A DNA stretch of 64,000 nt from an uncultured Candidatus Binatia bacterium (GTDB lineage: Bacteria; Desulfobacterota; Binatia; Bin18). The translations under genes and the position numbers were made by a program. The stretch lies in assembly GCA_965200965.1 (NCBI GenBank), contig OZ241744.1:1312001-1376000 (forward strand). Reading direction: 5' to 3'. This document shows positions 38,118 to 48,482 of this stretch, piece after piece. The stretch's first letter is position 1. Every line of letters starts with the position of its first letter. Below the pieces are notes generated by a model. It saw only the letters and a list, made by a program, of their open reading frames with translations. It was not told where the DNA came from and did not search any database.

Positions 38118-39425
38118 TCACGCCGCGGACCGCGCCGCCCGCTGGCCCTCTTCCACATCAACCCAGTACAACAGCGCGCCACCCACAGCAAAAAACGCTA
38201 CCAGGGTCAGGATAGCCGTCCGGCTCGATCCCGTTGCCAGCGTCAACACAGCAAAAACAGCCGGTCCAAAAATGCCGGCGAATTTCTCGCACACGGCAAA
38301 AAAGCCGAAGAACTCGGTCGATCGCTGGCGGGGAATCAAACTGGCGAAGAGCGAGCGGCTGAGCGCCTGACAGCCCCCCTGGACCAGGCCGACCAGAATC
38401 GCCAGCAGGTAGAAGTGGAGAGCCGTGGACATGAAGTAGCCAATAATACTCACAATCACATACACGCCCAAGGCCAGAAAGATGCCGGCCTTGGCACCGA
38501 TTCGGACGGCTAGGCGGCCAAAGCCAAAGGCGGCCGGAATACCGATGAACTGGACCAGCAGAACGGCTGAGATAAGCACCCCCTGTGACAGCCCGATCTC
38601 GCTGCCATAGATGGCCGCCATGCGGATAATCGTGCCGACCCCGTCGTTGTAAATGACAAAAGCCAGCAGCAGCAGCCCGGCGTTTTTGTACAGCCGGAGT
38701 TCAGCGCCAGAGGAGCGCAGCCGGCCGACAATCCCGCCCAGCCCGGGGCCGGACCGTGGACGGGCCGAACGGCCCGGTTCGGCTACCCGGCGCAGCAGCG
38801 GCACAGAGAAGGCCAGCCACCACACTGCCACACTCACAAAAGACAGGCGGCTGGCGGCCGCGGCATCGGCCAAGCCAAACCAGTGCGGGAACTGAATCCA
38901 GGCCAGATTGCAGGCCAGCAGCAGGCCGCCGCCCAGATAGCCGAGCGCGTAGCCGGCGGTCGAGACCTGATCGATCTCATCAGCCCGAGCCACATGGGGC
39001 AGCAGCGCGTCGTAGAAAATAATACTGCCTGACACCCCGATATTGGCAATCACAAACAGGACCGCGGCAAGCTGCCAATCGCCGGTATGCACCCAGCCCA
39101 GGCCGGCGGTGGCACACACCCCACAGCCCAGAAAAATGGCCAGGAGCTTTTTTCGGATCGCCGCCGCATCGGCCCACGCGCCAAGGAGCGGCGCGCATGC
39201 TGCGATCAGCACCAAGCCGACGGTGGTCATCGTCGCGTAGCGAGCGGTGGCCACCTCGGGCGACGCGTCAACCGATGCCACCGCACTGAAATAGACCGGG
39301 AAGACAGCCGCAACGACAGTAGTGAAAAAAGCCGAGTTGGCCCAGTCGTACAATGCCCAGGCGCGCAGCTCGGGCCGGCCCAGCCCGAGCGCAGTCAGCC
39401 GCTCAGCGCTCCAACGCACGGCCAA
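38118..39425 (-). CDS. Atg22/UMF1-like MFS transporter
   Basis: WALYDWANSAF, FYDALLP, YNDGVGT, QALSRSLF, EFFGF. Confidence 0.9.
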   Translation of the reverse strand: MAVRWSAERLTALGLGRPELRAWALYDWANSAFFTTVVAAVFPVYFSAVASVDASPEVATARYATMTTVGLVLIAACAPLLGAWADAAAIRKKLLAIFLGCGVCATAGLGWVHTGDWQLAAVLFVIANIGVSGSIIFYDALLPHVARADEIDQVSTAGYALGYLGGGLLLACNLAWIQFPHWFGLADAAAASRLSFVSVAVWWLAFSVPLLRRVAEPGRSARPRSGPGLGGIVGRLRSSGAELRLYKNAGLLLLAFVIYNDGVGTIIRMAAIYGSEIGLSQGVLISAVLLVQFIGIPAAFGFGRLAVRIGAKAGIFLALGVYVIVSIIGYFMSTALHFYLLAILVGLVQGGCQALSRSLFASLIPRQRSTEFFGFFAVCEKFAGIFGPAVFAVLTLATGSSRTAILTLVAFFAVGGALLYWVDVEEGQRAARSAA

Positions 39426-39578
39426 TACGCCCGAAAATGGCGCTCATGGTGTTCATCCCGCCGCTAAGCACGGCCGCCCGACCGCGAAGCTCCTGCATAC
39501 ACGACTCCTTGCCCTCGTCAGAGGCGGGGTGAGTGTAGCCCACGGATAGGCACAAGGCAATCTGTCGACGCGATACTG

Positions 39579-40922
39579 CTAAGGCATGCAGGGTGGGGTC
39601 TTGTCCGTTTCTGTGCAGAGGTCGCCCAGGCTGAGGCCGGCCAGGGCTTGCTGAACGGCCCGGTCCCGCCGCTGCAAGACGCCCTCCAGCGGGTCAGCGT
39701 CTTCAGCCGCAGGGCCGGCCCCGCGCAGGACATCAAGGATCTCAAGCACACTGACCCGCTCCGGCGGTCGGGCCAGCGTGATCCAGGCCGGCTCAGTCGC
39801 CCGGAGCAGGATGCCGCTGTGGACAAAGCGCTCAAGACAGTCTTCGAGACTCGCCAGCGGAACCTGAATATGGGCCGCCAACCGGGCCGCAGACCAGGGC
39901 GGCTGGCCGGCCAGCGCCCGACGGCCGACCGCGGCCAGCAAGGCCAGTGCCAGCCGTTCACGGGCCGCATAGCCGTCCGGTCGGTCCGCCTCCTTTTTGA
40001 AATAGTCGGTCGGATGCTGGTGGAAGTAGGCGACTTCGGCCCCGATGAGGACGATCAACCAGCCGACATACAGCCACAGCAGGGACAGGATCAACACGGC
40101 AAAGCTGGAGTAAATGGCCGCGTAGCGGGCCGAGCCGGCAAAAAAGGCGGCAAACACCACGCCGGCTGACTGCCAGGCCAGGCCGGCGACTGCGCCGCCG
40201 ACCAGGGCCGAGCGCAAGGACACCCAGGTATAGGGCATAACCCGGTAGAGAAAAGTAAAGGCCAGGCATAACAGCAGCAGGCGCGTCCCTCGGGTGGCCA
40301 GGATCGGGCCGAAGGTCTGGAGTTCCATGACGCGCTGAACCAGCCAGTAACTCTGCACCGAGGCGATCAAGGTCAGGCCCATAAAGACCAGCACCGACCC
40401 GATCAGCAGCACACTCAGGTAGCCGCTCAGCCGCCGGCTCCAACTGCGCGGACGGCGCACCCTCCAGATTCGATTCAGCGCGCTTTCGATCTCGCCGACC
40501 AGAAAAATCACGGTATAGAAGAGGGTGACAACGCCAACAACGCCGAGGACGCCGACCCGGATGTTGTTCACCACCTCGATCACCCGGCGCGCGACCTCAA
40601 CACCCTCTGGACCGAGAGTCTCAAAAGCCTGGAGTAGAAACGGCTCAATCTGATTTTGGACGCCAAACGCTTTTAGGACCGCAAACGTCACCGCCAGCGA
40701 CGGAATCAGCGCCAGCAGCATGGCGTAGGTCAGACCCATAGCTTGCAGATGCAGCAGGTCTTCACGCAGCCGCCAGCCGGCAACCTTGAAAAAATGGCCC
40801 AGGGGGGCGGTCAAGCAGGTCACAGCCGGCCAGTTCAGCACCCAGCCACTATAGCCCGATACACCGCCAAACCGAAGAGGCGCAGCCGCGTCTTTCAGCG
40901 CAGCCGGCGGCACGGTTGACAT
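39579..40922 (-). CDS. YihY/BrkB family membrane protein with C-terminal wHTH
   Basis: LTYAMLLALIP, IESALNRIW, IYSSFA...LWLYVGWLIVLIGAE; C-terminal Rrf2-like region. Confidence 0.88.
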   Translation of the reverse strand: MSTVPPAALKDAAAPLRFGGVSGYSGWVLNWPAVTCLTAPLGHFFKVAGWRLREDLLHLQAMGLTYAMLLALIPSLAVTFAVLKAFGVQNQIEPFLLQAFETLGPEGVEVARRVIEVVNNIRVGVLGVVGVVTLFYTVIFLVGEIESALNRIWRVRRPRSWSRRLSGYLSVLLIGSVLVFMGLTLIASVQSYWLVQRVMELQTFGPILATRGTRLLLLCLAFTFLYRVMPYTWVSLRSALVGGAVAGLAWQSAGVVFAAFFAGSARYAAIYSSFAVLILSLLWLYVGWLIVLIGAEVAYFHQHPTDYFKKEADRPDGYAARERLALALLAAVGRRALAGQPPWSAARLAAHIQVPLASLEDCLERFVHSGILLRATEPAWITLARPPERVSVLEILDVLRGAGPAAEDADPLEGVLQRRDRAVQQALAGLSLGDLCTETDKTPPCMP

Positions 40923-41029
40923 ATGCCGCCAGAATGGGCTAAGCGTTGTGCCAAAGAAGCCTGAAAACGAAATCAGCCCTTGCGCAAAGCCGCCGAGGGT
41001 GCTCAGTTGGCCGGCAGGCGGGCGTCAAC

Positions 41030-44000
41030 ATGGCCCGAAAAGTGGAAAAAACAGAACGCTATCTGAATACGCGCCACGCCGGCCTCACCGGTCTGCTACT
41101 CCTGTGCGGCCTGCTGTTGACCCTCGCCCCCACGGCCAGGGCGCAAGCAGCCACCTCCACCACGAGGTGGCCGGTCGTAACCCTCACCGTCACCACCCTC
41201 ACGGATGACGCCAAAACGCCGGCACCGGGGTCTCTCCGCTATCAGGTGAACCGGGCCAACGCCGCGTCCAGCCCGGCTAGGATCCTCTTTGACCCGGCCC
41301 TCAGTGGCGGCACCATCACGCTCACCAAAAGACTGGTCTTCTATAACGACATACAGCTTCTCGCCCAGGATACACAGGGAAGATCCATTGATATGACGCT
41401 GGATGGGGGAGCCAACCCTGACAGGGTAGGGCTGGGCATCTACTCCGGCTCCGCCACCGTTTCGGGATTCAATCTCGTCAATTTCGGCCTCTCCGTCTCA
41501 AGGCACCCTGCGGCGGGATGCACAGAGCACGATGTGGTAAAATCAAGGGTCACGATCTCCGATAATGTGATAGTAGCCACTTCTACAAAGGCCAGGATTT
41601 GGGCGGGCACTAGCGTCAGGGCGTGCCTAGACGTGACCATCAGCGGGAATCGGATCACGGCGTATTCCGGCATCAGAATTCTCGCTAATGACAGCAGCAG
41701 GATAAAGGCCACCGTGTCCGCCAATACCATCACCGGTGCTACCGGTGCTACCGGGGACGGCATCTCCATTTCCACGCCCGGTGACAGCAGCAAGGTAGAG
41801 GCCACCGTGTCCGCCAATACCATCACCGGTGCTACCGGGAACGGCATCGGCATTTACACGCACGGTGACAGCAGCAGGGTAGAGGCCACCGTGTCCGCCA
41901 ATACCATCACCGGTGCTACCGGTGCTACCGGGGACGGCATCTCCATTTCCACGCCCGGTGACAGCAGCAAGGTAGAGGCCACCGTGTCCGCCAATACCAT
42001 CACCGGTGCTACCGGGAACGGCATCGGCATTTACACGCACGGTGACAGCAGCAGGGTAGAGGCCACCGTGTCCGCCAATACCATCACCGGTGCTACCTGG
42101 GACGGCATCGGCATTTACATGTACGGTGACAGCAGCAGGGTAGAGGCCACCGTGTCCGCCAATACCATCACCGATGTTACCTTCCACGGCATCTACATCG
42201 AGGGCGGGTATGGCACCAGGGTAGAGGCCACCGTGTCCGCCAATACCATCACCGATGTTACCTTCCACGGCATCTACATCAAGGGCGGGTATGGCACCAG
42301 GGTGGACGCCACGCTGTCGGACAATCGCATCACCGGAGCGCGCCATGGGATTAATCTTCTCGGTGGATCCGGCAGGGGGAGAACGGTCCGTGGTCCCAGC
42401 AAAGTAACGGTCCGTGGTTCCGGCAACACGGTCATCGGCAGCGGTGGAGTGGATATCTTTGCAGCAGACAGACAAGTGGGCACGGATGACAATGACGAGG
42501 TGAATGGGCGTCTTGAGAACACCATCTTCAACACCAAAAACCTTTCAGGCGTGAGAAAGAGGACCAACCGCTTCACCGTCCACAGATACCAGGCCGCCAC
42601 GCTTCCCAGCAGGGGTCTCACCGGCGGGTACCAGAACCAGGACGGCACGACCGAGGTCGTGACCATCCCCACCATTGAGGAAACCTATCTGTCCGCCCCG
42701 GCCCAGGTTGCCCCGCGCCAGGCGGTCGAGCGGGCCGTGGCCGTGGTCTCCAGGCAGGCCACCTCAACGGACTTCGGGGCCACCCCCCTCGTCGTCAGCC
42801 TCATTCCCCGGGATGCAGACGGGCGGGTGGTCAGCGGCGTGACTGACCACCCCGTGCGGGTGTGTTTACCCCTGCCGGCCGGCCTGTCGGACGCGCCCAC
42901 TCCAGAGCTCGCCTGGCTGGACGGCCCCGTCTGGCACCCCCTGTCCTCGGAGCGGTCAGAGGGGCAAATCTGCGCCGATTTCCGCGGGTTCCCGCTCTTT
43001 CTTGGCAGCACCGGCGTTCCGGACACCACCGACAGCACCGGCGGTCCCGGCAACCCTGACGGTGGCACCACCAACCCCGACGCCCCGGACACCCCCGACA
43101 GCACCGGCGGTCCCGGCAACCCTGACGGTGGCACCACCAACCCCGGCGGCCCCGGCAACCCCGGCGGTGGCACCACCAACCCCGACGCCCCGGACATCCC
43201 CGACAGCACCGGCGGTCCCGGCAACCCTGACGGTGGCACCACCAACCCCGGCGGCCCCGGCAACCCCGCTCCGCCGCAGCGCCAAGCCGCGGATGCTGAA
43301 GCCACGGCACGCGGCACGGAGAGCGCGGGCAGCAGTGCCCCCCTCGCCGGCCACCCCCCCTTGGTCGGTGTTCTGGAGAACCCCCGGCCAGCCTCCTCGC
43401 AGAGTGGCATCGGGCTGATCTCGGGCTGGGTGTGCGCCGGGGCGGTGGTTGAACTGGAGGTGGACGGCACGCCTCTCGGAGCAGCCGCCTCTGGCACGAG
43501 CCGGGCCGATGTGGCCGCCACTGGGGCCTGCGGGGGCCGGGCCGATGTCGGCTTTGGGCTGCTGTTCAACTGGAACCTGCTCGGTGACGGCCAACATACC
43601 ATCCGGGCCTTGGCCGATGGGGTCGAGTTCAGCCAGGCGACCTTCACCGTGACGACCCTGGGGGAGGAGTTCGTCCACGAGGGCAGCGGCACGGCCCTGG
43701 TGGCCGACTTTCCGTCTCCGGGCGAGCAGGCACGGCTGGTGTGGCAGGCGGGTCTCCAGAACTTCATGCTGGCCCCGCTCTCGGCCCCGGCGGCCCGGCC
43801 GGCCGGCGGGCTGGCACCCGCCCCGGCCGGCGGCCCGCTCGGCGTCCTGGAAAACCCGGCCGGCGGCTCCCTCCAGAGCGGCCTCAGCGTGCTGTCGGGC
43901 TGGGTGTGTGAGGCCACGGTGGTTGAGGTCGAACTCAACGGCGACAGCGCCCACCGGCTGGCGGCGGCCTATGGGACCGGCCGGGCTGATACGGCCAACG

Positions 44001-44260
44001 CTTGCGGCAACGCCGGGAACAACGGCTTTGGGCTGCTGTTCAACTGGAACCTGCTCGGCGATGGGGTCCACACCGTGCGGGTGCTGGCCGACGGGGTGGA
44101 GTTTGGCCGGGCGACCTTCACCGTGACGACCTTCGGGGAAGAGTTCGTCCGGGAGGCCCGCGGGCGGGTGGTCGTGGCCGACTTTCCGTCCCCGGGCGAG
44201 ACCGCCACGCTGGCCTGGCAGGAAGCCACCCAGACCTTTGTGATTACGCACCTGGAGTAA
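41030..44260 (+). CDS. Large secreted surface protein: beta-helix repeats, Gly/Pro/Asp/Thr linker, two tandem C-terminal domains
   Basis: Signal peptide ending ARA-Q; VTTLTDD...GSLRY motif; ATVSANTIT repeats; duplicated GVLENP...SGWVC...GFGLLFNWNLLGDG domains. Confidence 0.85.
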   Translation: MARKVEKTERYLNTRHAGLTGLLLLCGLLLTLAPTARAQAATSTTRWPVVTLTVTTLTDDAKTPAPGSLRYQVNRANAASSPARILFDPALSGGTITLTKRLVFYNDIQLLAQDTQGRSIDMTLDGGANPDRVGLGIYSGSATVSGFNLVNFGLSVSRHPAAGCTEHDVVKSRVTISDNVIVATSTKARIWAGTSVRACLDVTISGNRITAYSGIRILANDSSRIKATVSANTITGATGATGDGISISTPGDSSKVEATVSANTITGATGNGIGIYTHGDSSRVEATVSANTITGATGATGDGISISTPGDSSKVEATVSANTITGATGNGIGIYTHGDSSRVEATVSANTITGATWDGIGIYMYGDSSRVEATVSANTITDVTFHGIYIEGGYGTRVEATVSANTITDVTFHGIYIKGGYGTRVDATLSDNRITGARHGINLLGGSGRGRTVRGPSKVTVRGSGNTVIGSGGVDIFAADRQVGTDDNDEVNGRLENTIFNTKNLSGVRKRTNRFTVHRYQAATLPSRGLTGGYQNQDGTTEVVTIPTIEETYLSAPAQVAPRQAVERAVAVVSRQATSTDFGATPLVVSLIPRDADGRVVSGVTDHPVRVCLPLPAGLSDAPTPELAWLDGPVWHPLSSERSEGQICADFRGFPLFLGSTGVPDTTDSTGGPGNPDGGTTNPDAPDTPDSTGGPGNPDGGTTNPGGPGNPGGGTTNPDAPDIPDSTGGPGNPDGGTTNPGGPGNPAPPQRQAADAEATARGTESAGSSAPLAGHPPLVGVLENPRPASSQSGIGLISGWVCAGAVVELEVDGTPLGAAASGTSRADVAATGACGGRADVGFGLLFNWNLLGDGQHTIRALADGVEFSQATFTVTTLGEEFVHEGSGTALVADFPSPGEQARLVWQAGLQNFMLAPLSAPAARPAGGLAPAPAGGPLGVLENPAGGSLQSGLSVLSGWVCEATVVEVELNGDSAHRLAAAYGTGRADTANACGNAGNNGFGLLFNWNLLGDGVHTVRVLADGVEFGRATFTVTTFGEEFVREARGRVVVADFPSPGETATLAWQEATQTFVITHLE
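41708..42310 (+). repeat. Intragenic tandem repeats of 93/84/81 bp
   Basis: GCCACCGTGTCCGCCAATACCATCACCG recurs at 41708, 41801, 41885, 41978, 42062, 42146 and 42227; a 177-bp two-unit block is duplicated. Confidence 0.95.
43018..43268 (+). repeat. Low-complexity linker repeat (PDSTGGPGNPDGGTTNP)
   Basis: GACAGCACCGGCGGTCCCGGCAACCCTGACGGTGGCACCACCAACCCC occurs three times, plus partial copies. Confidence 0.92.
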
Positions 44261-44437
44261 GGGGCCGGGAGTGCCGGCGGCCCCGTCCGCCTGATGTTCC
44301 TGTCCACGGCTCCCCGGCCTCGGGCGCGAGCGTCCGGGGCTGAAAATTGACACCACCACAGGCTTGCATCCAGGTCGCTGCCCAGTGTAACCAGGACGCA
44401 TCCGACCCAAGAAACCGACCGCGACGGAGCCTGAACC

Positions 44438-44728
44438 ATGCGTTTCATCGCCAGTATTCTCGGCAGCCTGCTCGCCCGCCGGTTGCGCTTTCCGCAGCTC
44501 TTCGTGCTGACCACCGGCCTGTTTGTAATTGACCTGCTGATTCCCGACCTCATCCCTTTTCTGGACGAGATTGTGCTCGGCTTGGCCAGTCTGCTGTTCG
44601 GATCGTGGAAAGCCGGCCCCACGGACAAGCTGGACGAAGCCCGGCAAGACGAAGAGGTGATTATCACCCAGGCCCGGGTTGTTGACAGCGACCGAACCGC
44701 ATCCAAAGACCGCCCGCCCCCCGGATGA
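44438..44728 (+). CDS. Small membrane protein (DUF6116-like)
   Basis: RLRFPQLF...LFVIDLLIPDLIPFLDEIVLGL pattern. Confidence 0.7.
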   Translation: MRFIASILGSLLARRLRFPQLFVLTTGLFVIDLLIPDLIPFLDEIVLGLASLLFGSWKAGPTDKLDEARQDEEVIITQARVVDSDRTASKDRPPPG

Positions 44729-44733
44729 AGGAC

Positions 44734-46389
44734 TCAGCGCTGCGCGCCAACCGAGGCGGTGATATACTTGACCGTCACTGGCGACAGATCGTGCGGGTCG
44801 GCCATGACCTCGATAATCACAAACGACCGGATGGCGTCGGTCGCCCCGAGCGCGGCCCGCAACTCGCTGACCGTCTCGACCCGGATGCCCGTCCCACCCC
44901 AGGCCTCGGCCAACTGCGCATACGGCCACGGCGGAATAGCGAGCAGGTCTTCCCGCTCAGACACCGGTCGGAAGATGCCCCAGCCGCCGTTATTCATCAG
45001 CACCACAATCGGGTTCAGCCCATAGCGCGGGGCGTGGGCAATTTCCGGCCCGGTCATCTGAAATGCGCCGTCCCCGCATAAGATCAGCGGTCGCTGGCCG
45101 GTCCCGACCTGTGCCCCCATCGCCCCCGGAATGCCAAAGCCCATTGAGGCATAATAGCCCTGGGCCAAATAGCCGCTGTGGCGTCCAAACCGCACATCCA
45201 GGCCGGCAAACAACATATCGCCGGCCTCGGCCACGACCAGATGGTCGGGGTGCGTCTCCAAAAAGGCGTTGACCTCGCCCAGCATATCAGTGACCCGGAT
45301 GGTCCGCTCCGCACCCGGAGCCCGGGGCTCCAGATTATCGTGATAGCTGACCGTCTCGCGGTGGCGGCGCATTGGCGCTCCGAGCAGCGCCCGCAGATAG
45401 TCATCGAGCGTGACATCGGTATAGCTGTGGTGACTGATATCGACCCGGTTCTCAGACGCCCAGATCAGTTTTTCACGCGGTAGCCGGGGCAGTTGGGAGC
45501 CGAGATTCATATCGGTCAACAGCGCTCCCAGGTTCACCACCAGGTCGGCCTCGTCAACCCGCCGGCGGATCAGCTCGGGTGAGATAGCCCCGATATGCAC
45601 GCCCATGTGCTGGGGATGGTCGGCCGGAAACGCGCCCTTAGCCAACACCGTCGTAGCGCACGGCGCGCCCGTCTTCTCGACCAGAGCCACCACCTGATCC
45701 ACCAGTTTACGGCGGAAGACCTCGATGCCCACAATCACAAAGGGATTTTTGGCCTGGTTGAGCCGGGCAACCGTATCCCGGGCCGCCTCAGCAACCTTGT
45801 GGGGGTCGGAGGGGCGGCGCATAAAGGTCCCGTCCCAGGCCAGGAGCGAAGGGGGAACCGTGATCTGATGCTCAACCATGTCTTGATGAATCTCGATATA
45901 GCCCGGCTGCTGGTGCAGCCAGAGGGCCTGCACAACCTCATGAATATCCTCGGCCGCGGTCTGTGGATTATCAATAATTTTGGCCGCGCAGGTAATTTCT
46001 CTGAAGACCCGGAACTGCGACTCAATCTCTTTGGCCTGGTGGTGGACCAGAATTCCCAGCTTGCGTTTTTCCTCGCCCGGCCCACCGCTGACGACCAGGA
46101 TCGGCACCCGCTCAGAGTAGGAGCCGGCCACTGCATTGACCACATTCAGCCCCCCTGCCCCGTAGGTCACACACAACACCCCGAGCCGGCCGGTCGCCCG
46201 CGCATAGCCGTCCACCGCAAACCCGGCCCCGGGCTCGTGCGAAAAAGTCATGACCCGCATATCCCGGGGCTTGCCAAACTTCATGAACAGTTGGATGACC
46301 AGATCGCCAGGAATGCCGAACAGACGGGTGACGCCGACCTTGCGCAGATAGGCCACAAGAAAATCGCCGAGTTGCATCTGTGCTCGCAT
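44734..46389 (-). CDS. ThDP-dependent alpha-keto acid (indolepyruvate/phenylpyruvate) decarboxylase family
   Basis: FGIPGD, HEPGAGFAVDGYAR, TYGAGG, HHQ, GDGAFQMTG...NNGGW. Confidence 0.9.
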   Translation of the reverse strand: MRAQMQLGDFLVAYLRKVGVTRLFGIPGDLVIQLFMKFGKPRDMRVMTFSHEPGAGFAVDGYARATGRLGVLCVTYGAGGLNVVNAVAGSYSERVPILVVSGGPGEEKRKLGILVHHQAKEIESQFRVFREITCAAKIIDNPQTAAEDIHEVVQALWLHQQPGYIEIHQDMVEHQITVPPSLLAWDGTFMRRPSDPHKVAEAARDTVARLNQAKNPFVIVGIEVFRRKLVDQVVALVEKTGAPCATTVLAKGAFPADHPQHMGVHIGAISPELIRRRVDEADLVVNLGALLTDMNLGSQLPRLPREKLIWASENRVDISHHSYTDVTLDDYLRALLGAPMRRHRETVSYHDNLEPRAPGAERTIRVTDMLGEVNAFLETHPDHLVVAEAGDMLFAGLDVRFGRHSGYLAQGYYASMGFGIPGAMGAQVGTGQRPLILCGDGAFQMTGPEIAHAPRYGLNPIVVLMNNGGWGIFRPVSEREDLLAIPPWPYAQLAEAWGGTGIRVETVSELRAALGATDAIRSFVIIEVMADPHDLSPVTVKYITASVGAQR

Positions 46390-46495
46390 ATGTCTCTCCT
46401 CCCCCACCATTGTAGCAAGACGCGGCCGGCTGGCGAGAGGCTGGGGAAAATGTGCTAGATAGGCATGAGCACGAACAGAGACGAGGGAGCAAGGC

Positions 46496-47908
46496 ATGAG
46501 TGCTCACATCGCACCGCTCAGAACCGCCGACCTGCCGCTCCGCAGCCAGTCGTTCTGGCGCACGACCGGACCGGGGGCGGTGCTGGTCGGGCTGTCGATC
46601 GGGGCCGGCGAGATTGTGCTGTGGCCGTGGATCACCACCAAGTTCGGGGCCGCTATGGTCTGGGCGGCCGCCCTGGGGGTTTTTTTGCAACTGTGGGTGA
46701 ATATCGAGATCGGCCGCTGGGCGATTGTCACCGGCGAGGCCCCGTATACCGGATTTGCCCGGGTATGGATGGGTTTTATCTACGCCCTGCTGTTTGTCGG
46801 TTTTGTGACCCTGTTCCTGCCCGGCTGGGCGCGCATCTCGGGCGCGGCCCTCAAGGCCCTGCTGTTCGGCCCGGATGGCCCCGGCCCCGACTGGCTGTGG
46901 ACCGGCCTGACCTTTGTCGCGGTCGGACTGGTGCTGTTTGGCCCCAAGGTCATGTATCGGGCAGTTGAGCGGATCACGATTGGGCTGGTCGTTTTTATGA
47001 CACTGGGGTTGATCCTGGTCGCCATGCAGGTCGGCACCCTGGAGGCGGTGGCTGAGATGGCGCGTGGGCTGGTCAACTTCGGGCATATTGAGTTGGACGA
47101 CGAGTTTCCCTTCAGCCGCTTTTTTGGCGCGGTGGTATTTGCCGGGGCCGGCGGGGCCGGCAACCTGTGGTACGCCTTTTATCTCCGCGACAAGGGTATC
47201 GGCATGGGCGCGCGGGTACCGACCCTGACCAATCCGCTCCGGGGCGGGGCCGATACCGACACACCGACCGGCTATACCTATCCAGAGACCGAGCCGAACC
47301 GCCGCGCCTTCAAGGACTGGCTGCGCTGGGTTGTGCTTGACCAGACGTTGTATTTCTGGCTGCTCAACAGCCTGACCATGTTCCTGTTCATGTTCGGTGC
47401 GCTGTGTGTGCTGCGGCCGCTGGGAGTAGTGCCGACGGAGGGCCGGATTATCTGGGACGAGTCGCTCATCCTGGGCGAGGCCCTGGGCAGCTTTGGGCGC
47501 TATCTGTATCTGCTCATCGGCATGGCGGCTCTGTTCAGCACCCAGCTGGTAGCGGTCGACGGCGGGGCGCGGGTGTGGGCGTATATCCTGCGCACCTGCT
47601 TCCGGTTTGGCCGGCGGGTTGACCAGGCCAAGCTCTATGCGCCGTTTGCCGTGGTGTTCATGCTGGCCGGGACCGGCAGCACCTGGTTCTTTGAGCGGTT
47701 CGCGGTGACCGGGCTTAGCTTTATTTTTAATGCTGCCCTGCTGGGCGGTTTCTCAATGGCCATGTACGTCCCGCTGATGCTGTACCTGAACCTGCGCTAC
47801 CTGCCTGTCTCGGCTCGGCCAGGGCTTGTTTGCATCGCTATGATGCTGGTGGCCTCGGGCGTCTACGGCAGCTTTGCGCTCTACAGCCTGTGGGCGGCGA
47901 TGTTCTAG
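46496..47908 (+). CDS. Nramp-related/APC-fold membrane transporter
   Basis: GPGAVLVGLSIGAGE, EIGRWAIVTGE, about 11 TM segments. Confidence 0.75.
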   Translation: MSAHIAPLRTADLPLRSQSFWRTTGPGAVLVGLSIGAGEIVLWPWITTKFGAAMVWAAALGVFLQLWVNIEIGRWAIVTGEAPYTGFARVWMGFIYALLFVGFVTLFLPGWARISGAALKALLFGPDGPGPDWLWTGLTFVAVGLVLFGPKVMYRAVERITIGLVVFMTLGLILVAMQVGTLEAVAEMARGLVNFGHIELDDEFPFSRFFGAVVFAGAGGAGNLWYAFYLRDKGIGMGARVPTLTNPLRGGADTDTPTGYTYPETEPNRRAFKDWLRWVVLDQTLYFWLLNSLTMFLFMFGALCVLRPLGVVPTEGRIIWDESLILGEALGSFGRYLYLLIGMAALFSTQLVAVDGGARVWAYILRTCFRFGRRVDQAKLYAPFAVVFMLAGTGSTWFFERFAVTGLSFIFNAALLGGFSMAMYVPLMLYLNLRYLPVSARPGLVCIAMMLVASGVYGSFALYSLWAAMF

Positions 47909-48082
47909 GCTGAGGCGGGGGGCGCGTCACAGGGGCCGTCGGGACTGCTCCCGCGGGGCGCAAGTCACCGCTTGACCAAGAGCGTTTGGCTACCTGTCCA
48001 TCCTGGCCCGGAGTGCGCCCCGATAGACGCAATTGACCATTCACCCGTTTAGCGCTAGATAGCCCGACATGATGGAGGTCTT

Positions 48083-48424
48083 ATGACGCAAGACGAAATC
48101 GTTGAGCGCAACGTCTTCAAAGTGCGGCTGTTCATTGATGCCTGGCGGGCGATTGACCCGGACGTGGCTATGGCCTGTCTGTCGGACGACATCGTGTCTA
48201 TCAACCAGCCGCTCGAACCGCTGATCGGCCAGGGGGATGTCCGCACGCCCGTCGAAGGGATCATGCAGCTCTCGCACCGGGTACACTGGGAACTGCGCAA
48301 CTGCTTTGGGCGCGACAATACGGTTGTCACCGAACGCCTCGACTGCTGGGACTTCGACGGCAAGGGCTGGGGACTCACACTGCCCTCCGTGGTTCGAGAA
48401 CGGCGGACCGACCCTGCATCTTGA
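48083..48424 (+). pseudogene. Limonene-1,2-epoxide hydrolase family remnant, 3'-degraded
   Basis: VRLFIDAW, N.PLEP..G, VVTERLD; lacks the C-terminal WRDYFD strand. Confidence 0.65.
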
Positions 48425-48482
48425 CTGACACGCCGCGCCCGTTTCATGCAGCACTCGGTTGAGGCCCGCCGCCAGAAAGAAC

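Noticed and set aside
41708-43268. Regular direct repeats as a possible CRISPR array
   Set aside because: Unit lengths are multiples of 3 inside an open reading frame, the intervening sequences are themselves repeated, and no cas genes are present.
42685-44929. Long antisense ORFs (417 aa, 657 aa) and similar shadow ORFs across the window
   Set aside because: They mirror real high-GC genes on the opposite strand or frame and have no recognisable motifs.
47954-48022. 9-bp long-range inverted repeat CGGGGCGCA/TGCGCCCCG as a structured ncRNA
   Set aside because: No recognisable riboswitch or ncRNA motif; short GC-rich pairings are common in this sequence.
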